Shown here in pieces: positions 19,341 through 28,190 of a DNA stretch of 64,000 nt. The first letter of the stretch is position 1; each line of letters starts with the position of its first letter. Under the pieces are notes generated by a model that saw only the letters and a program-made list of their open reading frames with translations, was not told the DNA's origin and searched no databases. The stretch lies in the IMG/VR virus record IMGVR_UViG_3300025889_018307, positions 20,311 through 84,310 of that record, one strand, 5' to 3'. The position numbers and the translations under genes are program-made. This DNA comes from a virus.

Positions 19341-19571
19341 ATGGAAAAGGTATTTTCGTATTTAAATGGATTTTTAGGTGGATTAGGGTCATTATTCTTG
19401 GCTTTAGTTCCTGTAACAATCCTATGGTTCGTCTTAACAGGTGGATCGGTTTTCGGGATGGATGTAGTAGCTAATATTACTGCTCTTGTAAGTGCACTAG
19501 GTAATGGTGGATTTGTAGGATTAGTAGTACTAGTAATTCTTGCATCTTTTTTCGTAGGAAACAAAAAATAA
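19341..19571 (+). CDS. Small Gly-rich hydrophobic membrane protein
   Basis: 76 aa, almost entirely hydrophobic; apparently co-transcribed with the OMP. Confidence 0.7.
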   Translation: MEKVFSYLNGFLGGLGSLFLALVPVTILWFVLTGGSVFGMDVVANITALVSALGNGGFVGLVVLVILASFFVGNKK

Positions 19572-19591
19572 GTTTAAAATAACATATTTTG

Positions 19592-19624
19592 GGAAAGGGC
19601 GCTATTAAGCGCCTTTTCTTTTTC
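19592..19624 (+). terminator. Rho-independent terminator
   Basis: GAAAGGGCGCT-ATTA-AGCGCCTTTTC hairpin followed by a T tract. Confidence 0.85.
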
Positions 19625-19634
19625 TATGAAAGCA

Positions 19635-19700
19635 TTTGGCTACCTGAAATATCTTTCGTATATTTACCCTGTAAATAATGATAAAAAAATAAAGGTTATG
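19635..19700 (+). promoter_or_regulatory. Early promoter cassette with AAATAAAGGTTATG leader
   Basis: TTTGGCTACCTGAAATATCTTTCGTATATTTACCCTGTAAAT, close to the copies at 22733 and 61987. Confidence 0.85.
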
Positions 19701-19913
19701 ATAAGAAAAAAAATTGAGCAAGAGTTCGATATTATTGATTTAACAGGTTCAGATGGTAATGCTTTTTACTTACTAGGTAGAGCAAAAAGTTATGCTAAAA
19801 GATTAGGTTTAGATGAAAGTAAAATATTAAATGAAATGATGGAAGGAGATTATGAACATCTAGTAGAAACATTTGATAAGTATTTTGGTGCATTTGTAAT
19901 TTTAGAAAGATAA
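19698..19913 (+). CDS. Small phage protein (IDLTGSDGNAF family)
   Basis: True start follows the AAAGGTT leader; recognisable DLTGxDGNAF motif. Confidence 0.7.
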   Translation: MIRKKIEQEFDIIDLTGSDGNAFYLLGRAKSYAKRLGLDESKILNEMMEGDYEHLVETFDKYFGAFVILER

Positions 19914-19917
19914 ATAT

Positions 19918-21201
19918 ATGAAAGAATTAAAAGAATTTGTAGAACAAATGAGGGATACCTCAAGTAGCTTAGATAAAGTAGAAATACTAAAACAACAATC
20001 AGAATTCATACAAAAAGTACTTGAGTACACTTATAACCCTTACAAACAGTATTACGTTACTAGTAAAACATGTAAGAAAAACAGTGGACTATTTAAGTAC
20101 AACACACATGAAACTATATTTAGTTTATTAGATGATTTAACTAACAGAAAATATACAGGTCATGATGCCATAGCACAAATAAATGGTTTCATTACTGCTA
20201 ATCCAGGTTATGAAGATTTAATTTATAATGTAATTGATAAAGATCTTAAAACCAGAACAGGTGCTAAGGTAATCAATAAAGCATTTCCAAATTTAATTCC
20301 TGAATTCAATGTAGCATTAGCTCAAACATATGAACCTAAATTAGCTTCGTTTGGTGAAGATACAGATGAAGTATGGTATGCTAGTAGAAAATTAGATGGT
20401 GTACGTTGTTTAGCAGTTGTAGATGAAATGGGTAAATGTACATTGTATAGTAGAATGGGTAAAGAATTCACCACATTGAATAAAATTAAATACGCTATTG
20501 AAGCTACAGGTATTATCAATTATGTGTTTGATGGTGAAATATGTTTATTGGATAAAGATGGTAATGAAGATTTTCAAGGTGTAATGAAAGAACTTAGACG
20601 TAAAGATCATCAAATTGAAAATCCTACGTTTATGATATTTGATATGATTCATAAAACTGAATTTGATAAAGGTAAATCAACAGATATACTATCAGAAAGA
20701 TTACACACATTAAGAACATGGTTGGGTCCTAGATATGACACTAAAGAAACATTACGTTATTTAGATCAAGCAGTTATTACTGATGAAAGACATTTTGATA
20801 TGTGGAACCAAATGGCAAGTGATAATAATTGGGAAGGATTTATGTTACGTAAAGATACATTTTATGAAGGTAAACGTAGTAAAAATTTACTTAAAGTAAA
20901 ATCATTTCATGATGCTGAATATGAAGTATTAGGTTGGGATATTGATACACATGAAGTAGTTAGAGATGGTAAATCAGAGTCAATGACAATGTTATCACAA
21001 GTATGGATTAATCATAAGGGTTATATAGTAAAGGTTGGTAGTGGGTTTACTCAAGAACAACGTTTACAATACATGGATGGATCTATTCTTGGAAAAATAA
21101 TTACGGTTCAGTATTTTGAAGAAACTAAAAATGATAAGGGTGGTATTAGTTTAAGATTCCCAACTGTAAAAATAATTCATGGTGAAAAAAGAGAATTATA
21201 A
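19918..21201 (+). CDS. lig: ATP-dependent DNA ligase
   Basis: KLDGVR adenylation motif, FDGE, EGFMLR, LLKVK, VGSGF, LRFP. Confidence 0.95.
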   Translation: MKELKEFVEQMRDTSSSLDKVEILKQQSEFIQKVLEYTYNPYKQYYVTSKTCKKNSGLFKYNTHETIFSLLDDLTNRKYTGHDAIAQINGFITANPGYEDLIYNVIDKDLKTRTGAKVINKAFPNLIPEFNVALAQTYEPKLASFGEDTDEVWYASRKLDGVRCLAVVDEMGKCTLYSRMGKEFTTLNKIKYAIEATGIINYVFDGEICLLDKDGNEDFQGVMKELRRKDHQIENPTFMIFDMIHKTEFDKGKSTDILSERLHTLRTWLGPRYDTKETLRYLDQAVITDERHFDMWNQMASDNNWEGFMLRKDTFYEGKRSKNLLKVKSFHDAEYEVLGWDIDTHEVVRDGKSESMTMLSQVWINHKGYIVKVGSGFTQEQRLQYMDGSILGKIITVQYFEETKNDKGGISLRFPTVKIIHGEKREL

Positions 21202-21638
21202 TGAGAATACCTAAAAAACCAAGTGGTAGAAGAGCATTACCCTTTTATTGGTGGAGACGATTTAGAACACATAAAAATCTCCCTTATAAAGCATCTTTAA
21301 TTGATAAAATTAGAAATGGTGATTTTGAATGTTCTCCTTTTTTCGAACAAGCTAAATGGGAATTACATTGGATGAAAGAAGAACAAGAAGAATTCATTAA
21401 AAATTATCATGGTAAAGATTATGAACATGATAATCTATATACAGACATTGAAATTAGAGCAAGAAAACGCTATAATAAATTGTATGAAGATGGGATGAAA
21501 GATGAATTTGATAGAATGGAAAGATTAGTAAATGGTTTAAGTAAACATTTTAAAATTAAAAAAGACGATATTAAAAATATAATGGAAGAATTTGAAGGAA
21601 CTACAATTGAATTGTTTGAATATTTAAGATATGAATAA
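21201..21638 (+). CDS. Hypothetical protein
   Basis: ORF overlapping the ligase stop codon; FYWWRRF motif. Confidence 0.6.
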   Translation: MRIPKKPSGRRALPFYWWRRFRTHKNLPYKASLIDKIRNGDFECSPFFEQAKWELHWMKEEQEEFIKNYHGKDYEHDNLYTDIEIRARKRYNKLYEDGMKDEFDRMERLVNGLSKHFKIKKDDIKNIMEEFEGTTIELFEYLRYE

Positions 21639-22359
21639 AAAAGAAATAGATTTTGATAATATTAATATTATTACTGTAGCTAAAGTAGCATCAGCTAATT
21701 TTTTAAGATGTAATTATAAAAATAAAATAAATGAAAAACATCATGGACATAGCTTGTTACATTTAAAAAATGTTTTAGAAAAAAGTAAAAACAGTTTAAT
21801 AATAGTAGGAATTAGAAACCCAATTGATAGGAATTTATCATATTTATTCCAAACTAAAGGTAATGATTTATTTAATGATGTAAAAACAAAAAATAATAAT
21901 TATAAAGGAGAATATTGCTATATCCCTGAAATTAAACCTAATACCTCTTATAAAGAAATTATTAAATTATATTTTAAACAAAATTATCATAATACCTTTA
22001 ATGAATGGTTCCGTGAGTTTTTGGAAATAACAAAAATCAATTCTTTTAATAGAAAAAAAGGATTAGATTTTTACAATTTTCCTAATAATAATACAATAAT
22101 GATTTACACGTTAGAAAAATTAAATGAAAATGAAAATGAAATATGTAATTTATTAGGTATAACAAATTTTCAAAATACAAATAATTCAAATAATAGAGAA
22201 TACAAAAACCAATATAAGGAAGTAAAGGATAACATAATATATAAAAAACAATACTTAGATAATTTATTAAATACAGAAATAATTCGTTTATTTTATAATA
22301 ACTCTGATATTGAAAAATTTTATTTAAAATATAAAACATTTGATGAAAAAAATACCTGA
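21631..22359 (+). CDS. Sulfotransferase-fold / capsular polysaccharide synthesis-like protein
   Basis: 5'-PSB-like TVAKVASA and 3'-PB-like IRNPIDRNLS; extremely N/K-rich. Confidence 0.55.
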   Translation: MNKKEIDFDNINIITVAKVASANFLRCNYKNKINEKHHGHSLLHLKNVLEKSKNSLIIVGIRNPIDRNLSYLFQTKGNDLFNDVKTKNNNYKGEYCYIPEIKPNTSYKEIIKLYFKQNYHNTFNEWFREFLEITKINSFNRKKGLDFYNFPNNNTIMIYTLEKLNENENEICNLLGITNFQNTNNSNNREYKNQYKEVKDNIIYKKQYLDNLLNTEIIRLFYNNSDIEKFYLKYKTFDEKNT

Positions 22360-22729
22360 TAATGTAGTTTTTAATGATGGTAAATTTGATGCTAATACCA
22401 AAAAATATCCTACTACCATAGGCTCTCCTTCATTTGCTCCCATAAATGTAGATAAAAGTGATAGTATTAAAGCAAATAAATACTTTAATTCGAAATTAAA
22501 TGAATTAAAATCTGAGTATGAAAATTTAGTAAATGAATACAAATGGACTAATATCATTTATAATGCTTCATACAATTTTCAGCCAATATTAGGTGAGCCT
22601 TATTACTTATATTTAAATAAAAATAAAGAATATTTTTTAAGTATAATAGAACCAAGTGAATGGAATCAAACATATGTTGGTACTTTTAAATTATTAAATA
22701 GTGGAAAATGGGAAAAGATAAATGCATAA
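22343..22729 (+). CDS. DUF2452-like protein
   Basis: YPTTIGSPSF, FQPILGEPYYLY, FLSIIEPSEW pattern. Confidence 0.65.
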   Translation: MKKIPDNVVFNDGKFDANTKKYPTTIGSPSFAPINVDKSDSIKANKYFNSKLNELKSEYENLVNEYKWTNIIYNASYNFQPILGEPYYLYLNKNKEYFLSIIEPSEWNQTYVGTFKLLNSGKWEKINA

Positions 22730-22732
22730 AGA

Positions 22733-22805
22733 CTTGGATACCTGAGATATTTTTCGTATATTTACCCTGTAAATGAGTTACAAACAATCAAATAAAGGTT
22801 ATATG
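22733..22805 (+). promoter_or_regulatory. Early promoter cassette (repeat copy)
   Basis: CTTG-N20-TATATTTA, near-identical over ~67 nt to 61987-62056. Confidence 0.85.
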
Positions 22806-23066
22806 AATATTAGAGAAAAATTGCAAAAAGGTAATGTTGAATTTTATATTAAAGGTGTTGTTGATTATCGTGAAGGTGATGATGGTGAATGGGGGGATCA
22901 TCCACAAATATTTAAGGTAAGTAAAGATGCAGGTGCAATTCATTCTGGATTTAGAGGAATGAATGTTACTAAATGGGGTCCTACCTGTGTTACATTATAT
23001 TCATTTGATATGTTAGGTAAAAAAACAATAGGTAAAATAAATTATAAAAATATTATATTAAAATAA
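22803..23066 (+). CDS. Hypothetical early protein
   Basis: ATG follows the AAATAAAGGTT leader; contains MNVTKWGPTCVTLYSFDM. Confidence 0.6.
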   Translation: MNIREKLQKGNVEFYIKGVVDYREGDDGEWGDHPQIFKVSKDAGAIHSGFRGMNVTKWGPTCVTLYSFDMLGKKTIGKINYKNIILK

Positions 23067-23071
23067 AAGTT

Positions 23072-23263
23072 ATGAGATTACAATTAGAAATTTTAGCAAA
23101 ATGGTTAAAAAACCATAAAGAATCATTTGATGAAAGAGATGGAGCTTTAGAATCAGCAATTAAACGTAGTAAAGAAGATACTATGTTTCAAATAGGTGAT
23201 TTACTAGATGAAATCCTACAAATGGATCCTGATCAAATTGATAACGAAAGACGAGATAAATGA
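23072..23263 (+). CDS. Hypothetical protein
   Basis: ORF with AATAAAAGTT leader. Confidence 0.55.
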   Translation: MRLQLEILAKWLKNHKESFDERDGALESAIKRSKEDTMFQIGDLLDEILQMDPDQIDNERRDK

Positions 23264-24156
23264 ATTTAGGTTACGCGTGTATTAACACAGCATTAAAATC
23301 GGGTGGTATTTTTACAAATAGAACTATGCGTAGAAAAACATTTGAATCAAAGGGTTTAGATTATGTATCTGAATTAGCACTCCAAAATGTTAAAGATTTA
23401 GAAACACACATTCATTGGAATAATGAACATGGTATTAAATTATTTAGATTATCATCTCAAATATTTCCTTGGATGGAAGAATATGAATGGTCAGATCTAA
23501 AGGATTGGGATGAGATTTCAAGTAGAATGTTAAATATAGGTAAATTAGCTACAGAATCAGGTCAACGTCTTACTATGCATCCTGGTCCTTTTCATTGTTT
23601 AGCATCACCAACTCCTAAGGTTGTAGAAAGAACAATTAAAGGACTTAATAAACATGCTGAACAATTTGATATGATGGGTTTTGAACCTAGTAATTACAAT
23701 AAAATTAATATTCATGTAGGTGGTGCTTATGGTGATAAAAAAGCAGCACTAAAAAGATTTTGTGAAAATTTTGAATTATTAGGTGATAGTACTAAAAAAC
23801 GACTTGTAATTGAAAATGATGATTCTCCTAATGAATTTTCAGTAAAAGATTTATTTGATGGTATTTATCAAGTAATTGGTATTCCAATTACATTTGATTA
23901 TTTCCATCATAAATTTAATACTGGAGGTATGACTGAAGAAGAAGCATTAAAAATGGCTGCAATTACTTGGCCTAAGGGAATTACACAATGCTGTCATTAC
24001 TCAGAAAGTCGTAGAAAAGAAAAATTAGATGAGTCAATACGTCCTCAAGCTCACTCTGATATTATTTATGAAAAAATACAAACATATGGTCTTGAACCAG
24101 ATATTGTAATTGAGGCAAAATTAAAAGAACAAGCAATTTTTAAAAGAGTAATATGA
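23260..24156 (+). CDS. uvsE: UV damage endonuclease
   Basis: LGYACIN, FRLSS, MHPG, NIHVGG, IENDD, FDYFHH, HYSES, AHSD, EAKLKE. Confidence 0.95.
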   Translation: MNLGYACINTALKSGGIFTNRTMRRKTFESKGLDYVSELALQNVKDLETHIHWNNEHGIKLFRLSSQIFPWMEEYEWSDLKDWDEISSRMLNIGKLATESGQRLTMHPGPFHCLASPTPKVVERTIKGLNKHAEQFDMMGFEPSNYNKINIHVGGAYGDKKAALKRFCENFELLGDSTKKRLVIENDDSPNEFSVKDLFDGIYQVIGIPITFDYFHHKFNTGGMTEEEALKMAAITWPKGITQCCHYSESRRKEKLDESIRPQAHSDIIYEKIQTYGLEPDIVIEAKLKEQAIFKRVI

Positions 24157-24296
24157 TAGAATTTATTAAACATGCACTTGGACTTTGTGGTGAACACTGG
24201 CACCCAAATATTTGGACTCTCCTTTTAGGTGGGTTTGGATTACAACAATCATTTTCATATATTAAATATAAAGTAAAAAATTATGGTAAAGACTAG
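24153..24296 (+). CDS. Small protein (47 aa, MIEFIKHALGLCGEHWHPN...) missing from the ORF track
   Basis: ATGA overlap with the uvsE stop; fills the gap up to the dpdA-like gene. Confidence 0.55.
   Translation: MIEFIKHALGLCGEHWHPNIWTLLLGGFGLQQSFSYIKYKVKNYGKD
24234..24265 (+). promoter_or_regulatory. Promoter TTTG-N20-TATATTAA upstream of the deazaguanine cluster
   Basis: Exact 20-nt spacer; ends 17 nt before the dpdA-like ATG. Confidence 0.55.
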
Positions 24297-25074
24297 TCAC
24301 GAACTTCCTATAAGTATGCTTTCTAGAAGTTATGATATTAATGATTATGAATATTGTCTTCCTCATTTATTAGATCAAAATGAAGTTTATAAAAATCATT
24401 TTTATAAAGCTAAAGAAGATGGTAGATATATTATAATGGATAATTCACTCCATGAATTAGGTGAAGCATATGATTCTGATAGATTAATGTATTGGATTAA
24501 TGAATTAGAACCAAATGAATTTGTTGTACCTGATGTTTGGCAAGATAAAACAGCAACATTAGTTAATGCTAAAAGGTGGCAATCTATAAAACTACCAAAA
24601 AGTGTAACTAAAGTAGCAGTAGTTCAAGCCCAAAATTATGAAGAGGCATTTGAATGTTACAATATATTAAAAATGCAAGGTTATAAAAAAATAGCATTTA
24701 GTTATGGGGCTGAATGGTATGCTGAAGCATTTCCTCATCCTAATCCTTTAGTTGGAAAAATGATGGGTCGTATAATGATGATATCAAGAATGTATAAATC
24801 AGGATTGATTGAAAAATCAGATAGGGTTCATTTATTAGGATGTGCATTACCACAAGAATTTGCTTATTATAAAGATTTTCCTTTTATTGAATCAATAGAT
24901 ACATCAAATCCTATTATTCATGGATTAGAAGGAGTAAAATATAGTACAAATGGGTTATTTACTAAATCATCAACTAAAATTGATACTATTGGTTTAACAC
25001 CTATGACCCAAGAAATATTATATAATATTAACCACAATTTAACACAATTTAAAAAATTTAAAGAATGCAATTAA
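24283..25074 (+). CDS. dpdA: Divergent TGT/DpdA-like deazaguanine transglycosylase-fold protein
   Basis: IIMDNS, VPDV, VAVVQ, VHLLG and SIDTS match the TGT-fold pattern; directly upstream of queC. Confidence 0.7.
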   Translation: MVKTSHELPISMLSRSYDINDYEYCLPHLLDQNEVYKNHFYKAKEDGRYIIMDNSLHELGEAYDSDRLMYWINELEPNEFVVPDVWQDKTATLVNAKRWQSIKLPKSVTKVAVVQAQNYEEAFECYNILKMQGYKKIAFSYGAEWYAEAFPHPNPLVGKMMGRIMMISRMYKSGLIEKSDRVHLLGCALPQEFAYYKDFPFIESIDTSNPIIHGLEGVKYSTNGLFTKSSTKIDTIGLTPMTQEILYNINHNLTQFKKFKECN

Positions 25075-25919
25075 AATTAGATTTACAAAAACAAGCAGTA
25101 TTGTCTCTATCAGGTGGAATGGATTCAAGTACAGTATTATTACACTTATTAGCTAATGATTATGAAGTTACAGCAGTTGCTTTTGACTATGGTCAAAAAC
25201 ATAAAGTAGAATTAGAACGAGCTCAAGAATTAGTAGATTACATTAATTCTAGTGATGCTTATCAAGGACATAATGTAAATTTTAGAGTAATTAAGTTAGA
25301 TGGTTTAGTTGATTTACTAAATTCAAATCTAGTTGAAGGTGGAGAAGATGTCCCAGAAGGACACTATGAAGAAGAAAACATGAAGGAAACAGTTGTACCT
25401 AATAGGAACAAAATGTTTTCATCAATTATACAAGCTGTGGCATTATCCATTGCTAATGAAAAAGATTGTCCTGTAAAAATTGCTATGGGTATTCATGCTG
25501 GGGATCATGCAATTTATCCTGATTGTAGGCAAGAATTTAGAGATGCTGATTATGAAGCATTTAAACAAGGTAATTGGGATGCTGATAAAATAACATATTA
25601 TACACCTTATTTAAATGGGGATAAGTTTGATATATTAAAAGATGGTGAAGTATGTTGTGAAAAATTAGGATTAGATTTTGATGAAGTTTATAAAAGAACT
25701 AATACATCATATAAACCTATTAAACATTATTACAGACCAGAAACTAATGCTTGGAAATGGTACTCAGATTATAAGTCAGCATCATCTGTAGAAAGAATTG
25801 AAGCTTTTATTAAATTAGGAAGACCTGATCCTGTAGAGTATGCTAATGAAAAAGGACCTGTTAAATATGATATAGCTAAATCCCATGTTGAAGAATTATT
25901 AACACAACACTCAGCTTAA
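25065..25919 (+). CDS. queC: 7-cyano-7-deazaguanine synthase
   Basis: SGGMDS, FDYGQKH, VPNRN, YPDCR. The canonical C-terminal Zn cysteines are replaced (TSYKP..SASSVER). Confidence 0.92.
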   Translation: MQLKLDLQKQAVLSLSGGMDSSTVLLHLLANDYEVTAVAFDYGQKHKVELERAQELVDYINSSDAYQGHNVNFRVIKLDGLVDLLNSNLVEGGEDVPEGHYEEENMKETVVPNRNKMFSSIIQAVALSIANEKDCPVKIAMGIHAGDHAIYPDCRQEFRDADYEAFKQGNWDADKITYYTPYLNGDKFDILKDGEVCCEKLGLDFDEVYKRTNTSYKPIKHYYRPETNAWKWYSDYKSASSVERIEAFIKLGRPDPVEYANEKGPVKYDIAKSHVEELLTQHSA

Positions 25920-25925
25920 TATAAA

Positions 25926-25997
25926 TGTCCTTTGGTGTAATTGGCAGCACGTCTGGTTTTGGTCCAGGAGATTGAGGTTCGAACCCTCGAGGGACAA
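25926..25997 (+). tRNA. tRNA-Gln (anticodon TTG), CCA not encoded
   Basis: Acceptor TGTCCTT/AGGGACA; anticodon arm TCTGG-TTTTGGT-CCAGG; T arm TGAGG-TTCGAAC-CCTCG; U1-A72. Confidence 0.92.
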
Positions 25998-26011
25998 CAA
26001 AATAAAAAATT

Positions 26012-26218
26012 ATGAAAGAAAAAATGAAGAAAGAAAGATGGGATTATCCCGACACTAAAATAGATAAAATCCCAGATCCAAAACTACACCAACAAATTAG
26101 TTTTGTAAAATCAGGTGTTAGAATAGTAGGTTATGCAGCTATTCCATTTAGCTTGTTTTGGGCAGTTACTTTTCTTATCTTAAGTGAAGTAATAGGTATA
26201 ATAGAAGAATTAGTATAA
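26012..26218 (+). CDS. Small membrane protein
   Basis: PDPKLHQQISFVKSGVRI followed by a hydrophobic C-terminus. Confidence 0.6.
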   Translation: MKEKMKKERWDYPDTKIDKIPDPKLHQQISFVKSGVRIVGYAAIPFSLFWAVTFLILSEVIGIIEELV

Positions 26219-26233
26219 ATTAAAACAAAAATT

Positions 26234-26491
26234 ATGAATAAAGGAATTTTATTTTTTAATGCTCCATGGTGCCAACCTTGTCAAGTATTAAAACCCGTAA
26301 TAGAACAATTAGGAAGAGATGGTATTAATGTGAAAAGTATCAATACAGAGTATGATGCTATGAACTCAGAAAGATATCAAGTTAAAAGTATCCCAACATT
26401 AATTCTAACAGATTTAAATGGAAATGAAATTAAAAGAACTCAAGCTGGTGGGTGGACTAAAGAGCAAGTATTAAATTGGTTTAATAGTTAA
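26234..26491 (+). CDS. Thioredoxin
   Basis: APWCQPC active site, VKSIPT. Confidence 0.9.
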   Translation: MNKGILFFNAPWCQPCQVLKPVIEQLGRDGINVKSINTEYDAMNSERYQVKSIPTLILTDLNGNEIKRTQAGGWTKEQVLNWFNS

Positions 26492-26493
26492 GT

Positions 26494-26982
26494 ATGTTTA
26501 CAAGCACAAAGGTTTTTGATGGTTTTAGTACTGTATTTCGTCAATGGAAAGCAGAAAATACACATTGTAGATTTTTACATGGGTATGGTGTTTCATTTAA
26601 AGTATGGTTTGAAGGTGAATTAGATCATAGAAATTGGGTTTGGGATTTTGGTGGAATGAAAAGAGCTAAAACTAAAATTGATGGTAAATCACCTAAAGAA
26701 TGGATGGATTATATGTTTGATCATACTGTAATTATTGCTGAAGATGATCCTTTATTACCTGAATTTGAAATGTTAGATAATCTCCCTAAATTTGGTGGTA
26801 CCCAAAATAAAGGAGCTATACAATTAAGGATAATCCCAGCTACTGGTGCAGAAAAATTTGCTGAATATATTTATAATAAGCTTAATGATTTTGTAAAAAC
26901 TGAAACTAATAATAGGGTTAAAGTAAAACAAGTAGAGTTTAGAGAACACGGAAAAAATTCAGCAATTTACTCAGAAAAATAA
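26494..26982 (+). CDS. queD: 6-carboxy-5,6,7,8-tetrahydropterin synthase
   Basis: HCRFLHGY, VWDFG, FDH, GAEKFA. Confidence 0.9.
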   Translation: MFTSTKVFDGFSTVFRQWKAENTHCRFLHGYGVSFKVWFEGELDHRNWVWDFGGMKRAKTKIDGKSPKEWMDYMFDHTVIIAEDDPLLPEFEMLDNLPKFGGTQNKGAIQLRIIPATGAEKFAEYIYNKLNDFVKTETNNRVKVKQVEFREHGKNSAIYSEK

Positions 26983-27024
26983 GTTATTAATAGTGAATGA
27001 AAAACCACTTTAAAAAATTTACAC

Positions 27025-27798
27025 ATGCGAAAAAGAATAGAGGATTATAACAAAACACTACCCGTATTAGAAGTTTATAGAGCAGTACAATCTGAAGGTA
27101 GTAGATTTGGGAGACCAACAATTGTTATTAGAACAACAGGTTGTACACATAGATGTTATTTTGGAGAAGGAGGATGGTGTGACAGTTGGTATACATCTAT
27201 CCACCCAGAAAAGGGAATATTTACATTCCAAGACATAATAGATATTTATGATCAGAATCCACAAGTAAAAGAAATGATGTTGACTGGTGGTTCACCAACA
27301 ATGCATCCAGCATTAGTAAATGAGTTAACACACTTTGCAAATGAAAGAGATATTATTATTACTATTGAAACTGAAGGATCAGCTTTTGTTGAAACCGATT
27401 ATCCTATTGGTCTTATTTCTCTTAGCCCTAAGTTTAGTAATTCCGTTCCTGTTGTTGGGGCTGTTACTCCAGCTGGGAGAGTGGTTGACGAAAAATTCAT
27501 AAAAATACATAATAGAAAAAGACTTAATACTACAGCTATTAAGCAAATGATGGAATTCCATACAGATTATCATTATAAACCAGTTTGGGATGGTACACCT
27601 AAAAATTTAGAAGAAATTGAAGCTTACAGAGTAGAGCTTAATATTCCTAAAAATAAAACATGGGTAATGCCTGCTGGTGATACTAGAGAACAATTAATTA
27701 AAATGTATCCTCTTGTATTTGAAATGGTAGCTGAACATGGATATAATATGACAGGGAGAGATCACATAATTGCGTATAACACAGAAAGAGGAGTATAA
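27025..27798 (+). CDS. queE: 7-carboxy-7-deazaguanine synthase (radical SAM)
   Basis: VQSEG..GRP, RTTGCTHRCYFGEGGWCDS, LTGGSP, IETEG, SLSPK. Confidence 0.92.
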   Translation: MRKRIEDYNKTLPVLEVYRAVQSEGSRFGRPTIVIRTTGCTHRCYFGEGGWCDSWYTSIHPEKGIFTFQDIIDIYDQNPQVKEMMLTGGSPTMHPALVNELTHFANERDIIITIETEGSAFVETDYPIGLISLSPKFSNSVPVVGAVTPAGRVVDEKFIKIHNRKRLNTTAIKQMMEFHTDYHYKPVWDGTPKNLEEIEAYRVELNIPKNKTWVMPAGDTREQLIKMYPLVFEMVAEHGYNMTGRDHIIAYNTERGV

Positions 27799-28190
27799 TG
27801 GAAAAATATATTTACAGAGCAAAATTAGACAGAGTAGTAGATGGCGATACAGTAGATGCCTTAATAGATGTTGGTTTTGATATTTGGTTTAAAAAACGAA
27901 TTCGTTTCGTAGGAGTAGACACTTGGGAATCAAGAACAAGAGATCTTGAAGAAAAGAAAAAAGGTAAATTAGCAGCAGAACGTACAAGACAACTATTAGA
28001 AGAAGTATCATCTAAACCAGGATATTTTAGAATTAAATCACATGGTTTAGGAAAATATGGTAGAGTATTAGGTGAATTATTTGTAATGGATAAAGATGGT
28101 AAGCAGTGGAATATTAATGAAACTTTAATTACTGAGGGTCATGCCTATGTTTATGATGGGGGTAAAAAAAAATTATTTAAAAATGAATAA
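27798..28190 (+). CDS. Staphylococcal nuclease (thermonuclease)-like protein
   Basis: RVVDGDT, RIRFVGVDTWE, GKYGRVLG. Confidence 0.85.
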   Translation: MEKYIYRAKLDRVVDGDTVDALIDVGFDIWFKKRIRFVGVDTWESRTRDLEEKKKGKLAAERTRQLLEEVSSKPGYFRIKSHGLGKYGRVLGELFVMDKDGKQWNINETLITEGHAYVYDGGKKKLFKNE

